NCBI GenBank assembly: GCA_041180765.1
Contig: JBEGQU010000055.1
Coordinates: forward strand, 1 to 34,836
Direction: 5' to 3'
Source: Chloroflexota bacterium
GTDB lineage: Bacteria > Chloroflexota > Limnocylindria > Limnocylindrales > Limnocylindraceae
DNA: 34,836 nucleotides
The position numbers and the translations under genes are program-made. Every line of letters begins with the position of its first letter. Position 1 is the first letter of the stretch. Shown one piece after another: positions 1 through 7,277 of this stretch. The notes beneath the pieces are model-generated. The model searched no databases and had not been told where the DNA came from. It was given only the letters and a program-made list of their open reading frames with translations.

Positions 1-62
1 CGATGGCGACCACGAGGACCACGAAGCCGGCGACGACGACTAACCGGTCGCACTGAGCGCGA

Positions 63-79
63 CCCGCGCGACGCGCGGG
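63..79. repeat. 17-nt perfect palindrome cccgcgcg-a-cgcgcggg
   Basis: Read directly from the sequence. It is centred about 25 nt upstream of the putative TAGCAT -10 of the first EamA gene. Confidence 0.6.
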
Positions 80-91
80 GGAGGGGCGGGG

Positions 92-97
92 TAGCAT
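92..97 (+). promoter_or_regulatory. putative -10 hexamer, TAGCAT-N6-ATG(104), leaderless EamA transcript
   Basis: TAnnnT hexamer sits 6 nt upstream of the start codon with no Shine-Dalgarno. The same geometry recurs at about 10 other starts in this window. Confidence 0.4.
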
Positions 98-103
98 CGC
101 GAG

Positions 104-1000
104 ATGCGCTCCGCCCCTCTCGCATTCGCCAAGCGCCACCCGCGCCTCGGCGCCGCGCTGGGCGCGGCGGCCATCTCGCAGTCGTCGCCGCTGGCGAAGC
201 TCTCCGGCGGCTCGCCCGCCGTGGTCACCCTCTTCCGCGGCGCGGTCTCGCTCCCGTTCCTCGTCCTGCTCGCGCGCCGCGAGGGGCATCGCGCCGCGCC
301 GCGCGACCGACTGCTCGCGGTCGTCGCCGGTGCGTTCCTCGCGCTCGACCTGCAGTGCTTCCACATCTCGATCCCGCTCCTCGGCGTGGGCCTGGCGACC
401 GTCGTGCCCAACGCGCAGGTCGTCGTCGTCGGGCTGTTCGCCGCGCTCGCCGGCGAGCGCACCACGGGGCGCGCGATCGTCGCCATCCCGCTCGCCTTCG
501 CCGGCCTGCTGATGCTCGCCCGCGTCGTCGAGCCCTTCGGTGCGACGCATGCGGCGAACGCGGGGAGCGACCCCGGCCTCGGGGTGCTCTGGGGGCTCGG
601 CGCCGCCGGCTTCTACGGGCTCTACCTGGTGATCACCCGTCGCATCTCGGCTGGCTCGAGCGCGGTGGGCCCCTTCGGCATGCTCGCCGACGCGGCGATC
701 GGCACCGTCGCCGTGTCGCTCGCCCTGGCGCTGCTCGACGGCACGATCCTCCCCCCGGGCGTCTGGCCCGGGGTCGGCTGGCTCATCCTCCTCGCCCTCC
801 TCTCGCAGGTGCTCGGCTACCCGTTGATCAACGCCTCGATCCCCCACCTGCCGAGCGTCGTCGGCTCGGTGCTGCTCTTCGTGCAGCCCCTGATGACCCT
901 CGTCTCGGGGGTCCTGATCTTCGGGGAGCTCCCCTCGCCGGGGCAGCTGCTGGGGGCGGTCACCCTCTTCGCCGGGGTGCTGCTCGCCGCGCGCCGCTAG
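104..1000 (+). CDS. EamA/DMT-family membrane transporter
   Basis: 298-aa ORF with about 10 hydrophobic helices in two halves, Gly/Ala/Leu-rich and with strong GC3 bias. The ATG is preceded by TAGCAT-N6, a leaderless-type -10. Confidence 0.8.
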   Translation: MRSAPLAFAKRHPRLGAALGAAAISQSSPLAKLSGGSPAVVTLFRGAVSLPFLVLLARREGHRAAPRDRLLAVVAGAFLALDLQCFHISIPLLGVGLATVVPNAQVVVVGLFAALAGERTTGRAIVAIPLAFAGLLMLARVVEPFGATHAANAGSDPGLGVLWGLGAAGFYGLYLVITRRISAGSSAVGPFGMLADAAIGTVAVSLALALLDGTILPPGVWPGVGWLILLALLSQVLGYPLINASIPHLPSVVGSVLLFVQPLMTLVSGVLIFGELPSPGQLLGAVTLFAGVLLAARR

Positions 1001-1101
1001 GCCCCGGGCGCGGAACCCCCCCGCGAGGGGCGCCCGCTGCGTGGGATGATGCGCCCAGGTGCAGAGGACGCCGCTCGGCGGGCCCGGCCACATAGTGAGG
1101 T

Positions 1102-2019
1102 GTGAAGAACATGCGCTATCGATCCGCACTCGTCGCCCTGCTCGCGGGGCTGGCGATCATCGCCGCCGCCTGCGGCTCCTCGGCCTCGCCGAGCCCGTCG
1201 TCCGCCGCCGGCACCGTCTGCGAGAAGGCGCTTGCCGCCAACGAGCCGGAGACGACTCTCCTCGGCTTCGTCTGCAAGCAGGGTGTCGTCCGCATCTCGA
1301 CCGACCCGAACTACCCGCCGTTCTCGTCGCTCAACGCCGACACGAACGAGTACGAGGGGTTCGACATCGACGTGGCGAAGCTCATCGCCGAGAAGCTCGG
1401 CGTGACGATCAAGTGGGAGACCCCGAGCTGGGACGCCCTGACCGCCGGCAACTGGGCCGATCGCTGGGACGTTTCGGTCGGCTCGATGGCCCAGACCGAG
1501 ACGCGCGCCGAGGTGATCGACTTCTCGGTGCCGTACTACTACGCCCTCGCCTATGTGGCGGTTCCCGCCACGTCGACGGCCACCTCGCTGGCCGACCTCG
1601 CGGGCAAGGAGTTCTGCATCGGCTCCGGCACGCTCTACGAGAGCTGGCTGAACGGCGAGTTCGCCAACCAGAACCTGGTCGAGGTCTCGGCCCAGCCCCC
1701 GACGGGCATCACCGTCACCTCCGAGGAGACGGACAACCTCTGCATCGAGAAGCTCGCCGCCGGTCGCACTTGGGACGGCTTCGTGCAGGGCAAGGAGTTC
1801 ATCGACAACGCCATCGCCTCGGGCGCGGCGATCAAGTACCTGGACAACAAGTGGCTGACCGCGGAGAAGATCTCCGTGGCGCTCGACAAGAACGGCAAGG
1901 ACACCGCCTCCATGCTCGCGGCGATCGACGAGATCATCACCGCGGCGCACGCCGACGGGACCCTCACCGCGCTGTCGAAGAAGGACCTCAACGGGGTGGA
2001 CGTCACCGTCAAGGAGTGA
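1102..2019 (+). CDS. polar amino-acid ABC transporter substrate-binding lipoprotein (SBP family 3)
   Basis: 305 aa. Lipoprotein signal LLAGLAIIAAAC. Family-3 SBP pattern: ISTDPNYPPFS...YEGFDIDVAKLIAEKLG...W..L..G..D. GAGGTG Shine-Dalgarno lies upstream. Confidence 0.9.
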   Translation: MKNMRYRSALVALLAGLAIIAAACGSSASPSPSSAAGTVCEKALAANEPETTLLGFVCKQGVVRISTDPNYPPFSSLNADTNEYEGFDIDVAKLIAEKLGVTIKWETPSWDALTAGNWADRWDVSVGSMAQTETRAEVIDFSVPYYYALAYVAVPATSTATSLADLAGKEFCIGSGTLYESWLNGEFANQNLVEVSAQPPTGITVTSEETDNLCIEKLAAGRTWDGFVQGKEFIDNAIASGAAIKYLDNKWLTAEKISVALDKNGKDTASMLAAIDEIITAAHADGTLTALSKKDLNGVDVTVKE

Positions 2020-2050
2020 CGCACCGCCGTTGGCGGCAAACGGTTTGATC

Positions 2051-2087
2051 CTTCGGGGGGTCGCGGGGAGACCGCGGCCCCCCGAAG
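2051..2087 (+). terminator. 16-bp GC-rich stem-loop between the SBP and permease genes, with no U tract (attenuator or 3' stabiliser rather than a full terminator)
   Basis: cttcggggggtcgcgg-ggaga-ccgcggccccccgaag. Positions 2051-2066 pair with 2072-2087, with one G-U pair. The permease SD GGGGAG follows directly. Confidence 0.5.
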
Positions 2088-2097
2088 ACATCGGGGA

Positions 2098-2928
2098 GTG
2101 GTGAGCGTGGCGAAGCCCTTGGGCCAGCAGAGCGAACTCGCGGCGGCCGTCGCGAAGAACGACCGGCGGCGCGAGCGCGCCTGGCGCCTGCACTTCCGCC
2201 TCGTCTCGGCGGGGATCCTCGCGCTGATCCTCCTCTTCATCATCACCTACCTCAACGTCGAGGCGACCTTCATCAGCCGCGCCGCCCCGTTCATCCTGGC
2301 CGGCGCCGGCCTGACGATCGGCGTGTCGCTGCTCTCGATCACCCTGGCGACGCTGCTCGCCACCTTCGGCGCCCTCGGGCGGCTCTCGCGCAGCGCCACG
2401 GCGAACGCCATCGCCTCGTTCTACGTCAGCTTCTTCCGCGGCACGCCGCTCCTGCTCCAGCTGCTCTTCTGGTACCTCGCACTGCCGCAGGTCGGCATCG
2501 TGCTCGACCCCTTCGTGTGCGCCGTCGGCGCGCTGGGCATGAACTACGGCGCCTACATGACCGAGCTCTTCCGCGCCGGCATCCAGGCGGTGCCGGGCGG
2601 CCAGCGCGAGGCGGCGGTGGCGCTCGGCATGTCGGAGTCGACCGCCTTCCGCCGCATCGTCGCGCCGCAGGCGTTCCGGATCATCGTGCCGGCGATCGGC
2701 AACGACTTCGTCGCCATGCTCAAGGACTCGGCGCTCGCGTCGGCGGTGACGCTCCAGGAGATCCTCTGGCGCGCCCAGAACATCGGGCGCAAGGAGTTCA
2801 AGTCGCTGCAGACGCTGCTCATCGCCGCCGCCGTCTACTGGGTGCTCACCATCGCCTTCACCGCCGTCCAGAACCGCGTCGAGGCGCGGCTGGCCGCCGG
2901 CGACAGGCACAAGGAGGTGAAGGGATGA
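2098..2928 (+). CDS. amino-acid ABC transporter permease (His/Glu/Gln/Arg/opine family)
   Basis: 276 aa with multiple TM helices. EAA-loop-like [25 protein letters not shown] motif typical of polar amino-acid permeases. GTG start. Confidence 0.9.
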   Translation: MVSVAKPLGQQSELAAAVAKNDRRRERAWRLHFRLVSAGILALILLFIITYLNVEATFISRAAPFILAGAGLTIGVSLLSITLATLLATFGALGRLSRSATANAIASFYVSFFRGTPLLLQLLFWYLALPQVGIVLDPFVCAVGALGMNYGAYMTELFRAGIQAVPGGQREAAVALGMSESTAFRRIVAPQAFRIIVPAIGNDFVAMLKDSALASAVTLQEILWRAQNIGRKEFKSLQTLLIAAAVYWVLTIAFTAVQNRVEARLAAGDRHKEVKG

Positions 2929-3788
2929 GCCGCACGAGCGACCTCCGCGGCGCGACCGCGCCGCACGAGCTGCACCCCGCCGAGCGGCCGGGCGTGCTGG
3001 TGAAGCCGGGCGCCGACCCGGTGCTGCGCGCCACCGGGATCGAGAAGTGGTTCGGCGAGAACCACGTGCTGCGCGGCGCCTCGATCACCGTCTGGCCGGG
3101 CGAGACCGTCTGCATCCTGGGCCGCTCCGGCTCGGGGAAGAGCACCTTCCTTCGCAGCCTGAACTTCCTCGAGGACCCGACCGACGGGCGCGTCGAGATC
3201 GACGGCGTGAGCGTCGCCGCGGATCCGTTCCGCCGCGAGGGGAAGCAGCGGCTCGCCCGCATCCGCGAGTTGCGCATGCGTGCGGGGATGGTTTTCCAGG
3301 AGTTCAACCTCTTCCCGCACCTGAGCGTCATCGAGAACTGCATCGAGGCGCCGCTCCACGTGAAGGGGATGCCGCGCAAGGAGGCGGAGGAGATCGCCGA
3401 GCGCTACCTCGACAAGGTCGGGCTCCTCGACAAGCGCGACGAATACCCCTCGCGCCTCTCCGGCGGCCAGCGCCAGCGCGTCGCGATTGCGCGCGCGCTC
3501 AGCATGCAGCCGAAGGTGCTGCTCTTCGACGAGCCGACGAGTGCGCTCGACCCGACGCTCGTCGGCGAAGTGCTCAAGGTGATGGCCGACCTCGCCCACG
3601 AGGGGCGCACGATGATCGTCGTCACCCACGAGATGGACTTCGCGCACGAGGCGGCGGATCGCGTCTACTACATGGACCAGGGCGAGTTCGCCGAGGTCGG
3701 CCCGCCGGAGCAGGTCATCGATGCACCGCAGGATCCGCGCACGGCGAAGTTCCTCTCGCGCTTCCGCACCCTCGGCGGCAAGAAGTAG
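2925..3788 (+). CDS. amino-acid ABC transporter ATP-binding protein
   Basis: Internal ATG of the 2517..3788 ORF, overlapping the permease stop (ATGA). Walker [11 protein letters not shown]-loop MVFQEFNLF, signature [15 protein letters not shown], Walker [13 protein letters not shown]-loop VVTHEM. Confidence 0.92.
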   Translation: MSRTSDLRGATAPHELHPAERPGVLVKPGADPVLRATGIEKWFGENHVLRGASITVWPGETVCILGRSGSGKSTFLRSLNFLEDPTDGRVEIDGVSVAADPFRREGKQRLARIRELRMRAGMVFQEFNLFPHLSVIENCIEAPLHVKGMPRKEAEEIAERYLDKVGLLDKRDEYPSRLSGGQRQRVAIARALSMQPKVLLFDEPTSALDPTLVGEVLKVMADLAHEGRTMIVVTHEMDFAHEAADRVYYMDQGEFAEVGPPEQVIDAPQDPRTAKFLSRFRTLGGKK

Positions 3789-3799
3789 CCGCAGCGCAG

Positions 3800-4957
3800 A
3801 TGGGCGGTCGACCGGACCTGCTCGTCGTCGGCGGCGGCGTGTGGGGCACCTGGACGGCGCTGCAGGCGCGGCGCCTCGGTGCCTCGGTCCGGCTCGTCGA
3901 GGAGCGGACGCCGGGCGACCCGAAGACCACCTCCGGCGACTACAGCCGGATCATCCGCCACGCGCACGGCGAGGACGGCCTGCTCGTCGGCTGGGCACAG
4001 CGCTCGCTCGCCGCATGGCGCGAGCTCGGCGAGCGCACGGGGCGGCAGGTCTTCGTCGAGAGCGGCGTCGCCTGGTTCGTGTCGGGCGACGGCGCGTGGG
4101 AGGCGGCCTCGGAGGTGCAGCTGCGCGCCGCCGGCGTCCCCTGCGAGCGCCTCGCGCCCGACGAGGCGCTCCGGCGCTGGCCGGCGCTCGGCACCGAGGG
4201 GCTCAAGAGCGTGCTCTACGAGCCGACCGCCGGGTTCCTGCGCGCCGGCGACGGCGTGCGCGCGGCAGCCGCCGTGCTGCGCGACGAGGGGGGCGAGATC
4301 GTGCGCGGCCGCGCCACGCCCGCGGCAGACGGCACGGCGCTCGACGAACACGGCGCGCCGATCGTCGCCGGGGCGACGGTCTGGGCGGCGGGCCCCTGGC
4401 TCCCCGCGCTCTTCCCGGCGCTCGTCGGCGCCGACTGCGAGGCGGCGATCGTGCCGGTGCGGCGAGACGCGATCTACTTCGACGCGCCGGGGATGGGCGT
4501 GGGCGAGGTACCGACCTGGATCGACGAGGGGCTCGAGGTGTGGGGGATCCCCGACGACGAGGGGCACGGTGCGAAGGTCGGCCCCGAGTTCGATGCCGGC
4601 AGCTTCGACCCAGGCGCATGGCCCGACGAGGCGCACCCGAGCTCGGTTGCCCGCGCCCGCGCCTGCGCCGTGCGCTTCCCGCGGCTGCAGCGCGCACCGA
4701 TCCGGGAGACGCGCGCCTGCCAGCACGAACGGACGAAGAGCGGGCACTACGTGCTCGACCGGCACCCCACCAACCCGCAGGTGTGGATCGCCGGCGGCGG
4801 CTCGGGGCACGGCTACAAGCAGGGACCGGCGGTCGGCGAGTTGATGGCGCGCGCCGCGCTCGACCGTACGCCGATCGTGTTGCCCGATCGACGCTTCGCG
4901 CTGGCGCGCCGCGACGGCGGGCCGTCGAGCCCGATGGGGGAGATGGGCGCCGCCTAG
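3800..4957 (+). CDS. FAD-dependent oxidoreductase (DAO / sarcosine-oxidase-like)
   Basis: Internal ATG of the 3047..4957 ORF, 11 nt after the ATPase stop. N-terminal Rossmann LLVVGGGVWGTWTA...VRLVEE. C-terminal GGGSGHGYKQGPAVGE motif typical of the DAO family. Confidence 0.8.
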   Translation: MGGRPDLLVVGGGVWGTWTALQARRLGASVRLVEERTPGDPKTTSGDYSRIIRHAHGEDGLLVGWAQRSLAAWRELGERTGRQVFVESGVAWFVSGDGAWEAASEVQLRAAGVPCERLAPDEALRRWPALGTEGLKSVLYEPTAGFLRAGDGVRAAAAVLRDEGGEIVRGRATPAADGTALDEHGAPIVAGATVWAAGPWLPALFPALVGADCEAAIVPVRRDAIYFDAPGMGVGEVPTWIDEGLEVWGIPDDEGHGAKVGPEFDAGSFDPGAWPDEAHPSSVARARACAVRFPRLQRAPIRETRACQHERTKSGHYVLDRHPTNPQVWIAGGGSGHGYKQGPAVGELMARAALDRTPIVLPDRRFALARRDGGPSSPMGEMGAA

Positions 4958-4973
4958 GCGCCGCGCACGCCCG

Positions 4974-6272
4974 CTACGGGGTCTCGGCCGCCGCGGCGAT
5001 CTTCGCCGCGATCGCCGCCCGGGCGGCGGTGCGATCGCTGAAGTCGATCCCCTCCATGTCGCCGGGGGCGAGGCCCGCCGCCCAGCCGCGCGGCGTGCGC
5101 GCGCCGTCGGCGGCGTAGCGGTCGGCGACCATCAGGTCGAACGCCTGGACGCTCGCCTCGAGCTCGCTGTAGCGGCCGGGGGGGAGCATCTGCGACGCGG
5201 TGCCGCGCTGCTGCAGCTCGCACACGTGCCAGTCCTGGCGGTTGGTCATGTCCCAGAAGCCGTGGGCGTCGGAGAAGTCGAAGCCGGGGGCGGCAGCGGT
5301 GTCGGGGTGCACGTACCAGTCGCAGGTGACCTTGGAGCGTCCCGGGCCGATCGGCTCGATCATGTGCACCATCAGGTAGTCGGGGTGCAGCGAGAGGAGC
5401 AGGTTCGGCCAGACGGCGAAGTACTGGATCCGCTTCGCGTCGGTCTCGGTCATCCCGGCCAGCCACGGGCGGCTGTGCGAGCCGCGGTCGAGCCCCATGG
5501 TGAGCGCCTCGCCGACGAGCGGCTGCCAACCGCCCTTCCACCAGCCCCGCGCGGGGATATCCTCGCCGAGGTCGTAGGGGGTCAGGGCGTTGAGCTGCGG
5601 GTGGACGCCCGGGCAGTGGTAGCACTCGGAGTAGTTCTCTACGAGGATCTTCCAGTTCGCCGCGACGTCGTACTCCTCTCGCCGGGTGCGGCGGAGCGGG
5701 GCGAAGTCGAAGCGCGCGAAGACGTCGACGAGGTCGTCGAGGTAGGAGAGCAGCGGCTCCGCCTGCGCATCGAGCGTGAGGAAGACGAAGCCCTGCCACG
5801 TCTCGCAGCGCACCGGCACCAGGTCGTAGTCGCGCGGGTCGAAGCGCTTGAGGTCCTCGGTGTGCTTCGCCCTGAGCAGGGTGCCGTCGGGGGCGTAGAC
5901 CCAGGCGTGATACGGGCAGACGATCTTCTCCGCCTCGCCGCAGTCGGGCTTGCCGTCGCGCGGCCCCTCGATGAGCGTCGCGCCGCGGTGGCGGCAGGCA
6001 TTGAGGAAGGCGCGGATCTTGCCGTCCTCGCCGCGCGCGACGATCACCTGCTCGCCGCCGAACTCGAGCAGGCGGTACGAGCCGGGGCCGGGGGTCTCCT
6101 CCTCGCGGCCGACGCAGCGCCACTCGCGGCGGAAGATCTCCTCGGACTCCCAGGCGAAGATCTCCGGGTCGTGGAAGACCCGCGGCGGGAACATGTCGGC
6201 CTCGTCGAACGGGCGGCGCACCGCGGCGATCGCCGCGGGGTCGAGCGGGGCGGAGCGCTTGGCGATGATCAT
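4974..6272 (-). CDS. Rieske [2Fe-2S] non-heme iron oxygenase alpha subunit (GbcA/CntA-like)
   Basis: Rieske motif CRHRG...CPYHAWVY and mononuclear iron motif NYSECYHCPGVHP. I take the start at MIIAKRS (6272), because the longer ORF would run through the divergent EamA gene. Confidence 0.85.
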   Translation of the reverse strand: MIIAKRSAPLDPAAIAAVRRPFDEADMFPPRVFHDPEIFAWESEEIFRREWRCVGREEETPGPGSYRLLEFGGEQVIVARGEDGKIRAFLNACRHRGATLIEGPRDGKPDCGEAEKIVCPYHAWVYAPDGTLLRAKHTEDLKRFDPRDYDLVPVRCETWQGFVFLTLDAQAEPLLSYLDDLVDVFARFDFAPLRRTRREEYDVAANWKILVENYSECYHCPGVHPQLNALTPYDLGEDIPARGWWKGGWQPLVGEALTMGLDRGSHSRPWLAGMTETDAKRIQYFAVWPNLLLSLHPDYLMVHMIEPIGPGRSKVTCDWYVHPDTAAAPGFDFSDAHGFWDMTNRQDWHVCELQQRGTASQMLPPGRYSELEASVQAFDLMVADRYAADGARTPRGWAAGLAPGDMEGIDFSDRTAARAAIAAKIAAAAETP

Positions 6273-6278
6273 GCGCGT

Positions 6279-6287
6279 ATGGTGCCA
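6279..6287 (-). promoter_or_regulatory. putative extended -10, TGG-CACCAT-N6-ATG(6272)
   Basis: Minus-strand reading gives TGGCACCAT acgcgc ATG with no SD. The hexamer is weaker than the others. Confidence 0.3.
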
Positions 6288-6337
6288 CGACCCCGCCGCG
6301 GCGGGCGCCCCGCGGGCGCGCGGCGCGGCACGGCGGC

Positions 6338-6343
6338 TAGACT
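6338..6343 (+). promoter_or_regulatory. putative -10, TAGACT-N7-ATG(6351)
   Basis: TAnnnT hexamer 7 nt upstream of the second EamA start, with no SD. Confidence 0.4.
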
Positions 6344-6350
6344 CCGCACG

Positions 6351-7277
6351 ATGCCGAGCCGTGCCGCAACCGCCCCCCGTCGCGTGGCCACGCGTGCCGC
6401 GATCGGGGACCTGACCCTCGCCGCGGCGCTCTGGGGCGGCCTCTACATCGTCTCGGCTGCCGCCTTCGCCGCCGTCCCCCCGGCCACCCTCACGCTGCTC
6501 CGCCTCGCGCTCGGCGCTGGCGCCCTGCTGCTGGTCGGTCGGCTGCGCGGCGAGGCGAGCGGCTGGGGCCTGGCGCCGCGGCGCGCGACCCTCGCCGCCG
6601 CGGCGGTCGCCGCGCTCTCGATGCTGCTGCAGTTCGGCGGGACGGCGCTCACCTCGGGGGTCGAGGGCTCGGTGGTGACGATGTCGACGCCGGTCTTCGT
6701 ACTCCTCTTCGGCCGCCTGCTCGAGGGGGAGCGCATCGCACTGCGCGCCTGGCTCGGCATCGGCCTGGCCGCCGCGGGGGTCCTGCTCCTCGCCGCGCGC
6801 GCGACCGAGGCGACCGGCGCGGGGGACGGCGCGGCGCACCTCGTCGGCGTCGTCGCGCTCGTGGGCGCGGGCGCGACCTGGGCGCTCTTCTCGAGCCTCG
6901 GCCGCCCGCTCGTCGCGCAGATCGGCGCGCGCCGGGCGATCGCCCTCAGCGGCGCGCTCGCCCTGCCGTTCATCGTCCCGTTCGCCGCGGCGGAGCTGCT
7001 GCTCGTCGGCATCGACCTCGCGGCCGCCACCACCCCGGCGAGCATCGGCGCGATCCTCTACCTCGGACTCGGCGCGACCGCGCTCGGCTGGAGCGCCTGG
7101 TACCGCGGCTACGCCGCCGCGCCGCCGAGGGTCTCCGCCGGCGTGCTCTTCCTCCAGCCGCTCGTCTCGGCGCTGCTCGGCATCGGCGTGCTCGGCGCGC
7201 CGGTCGATGCCGCGTTTGCCGTAGGCTCGCTGCTGCTGCTGGGCGGCGTCGCCGCGATCGCGCGGGTCGCGCCATGA
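6351..7277 (+). CDS. EamA/DMT-family membrane transporter
   Basis: Internal ATG of the 5226..7277 ORF. 308 aa with about 10 TM helices in two EamA-like halves. Confidence 0.8.
   Translation: MPSRAATAPRRVATRAAIGDLTLAAALWGGLYIVSAAAFAAVPPATLTLLRLALGAGALLLVGRLRGEASGWGLAPRRATLAAAAVAALSMLLQFGGTALTSGVEGSVVTMSTPVFVLLFGRLLEGERIALRAWLGIGLAAAGVLLLAARATEATGAGDGAAHLVGVVALVGAGATWALFSSLGRPLVAQIGARRAIALSGALALPFIVPFAAAELLLVGIDLAAATTPASIGAILYLGLGATALGWSAWYRGYAAAPPRVSAGVLFLQPLVSALLGIGVLGAPVDAAFAVGSLLLLGGVAAIARVAP

Noticed and set aside
1-97. Possible partial gene at the left edge. One reading is a plus-strand C-terminus ...DGDHEDHEAGDDD* ending at 43. The other is a minus-strand start at 97 giving MLPRPSPARRAGRAQCDRLVVVAGFVVLVVAI...
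   Set aside because: Both frames have high GC3 and neither can be verified from about 40-97 nt. The minus-strand ATG lacks the -10/SD context seen at other starts, so I lean slightly toward the plus-strand gene end. I do not report either as a feature.
997-2910. 637-aa minus-strand ORF antisense to the ABC transporter genes. Similar long ORFs occur at 7109..9043(-), 9247..11688(-), 9387..12104(+), 12444..14915(+), 15996..18248(-), 19964..21868(-), 23735..24904(-) and 24880..26361(-).
   Set aside because: Their translations are Arg/Ala/Gly/Pro-rich low-complexity strings with no recognisable motifs. Each lies opposite to, or out of frame with, a gene that has clear family signatures. Long stop-free antisense frames are expected at this GC content.
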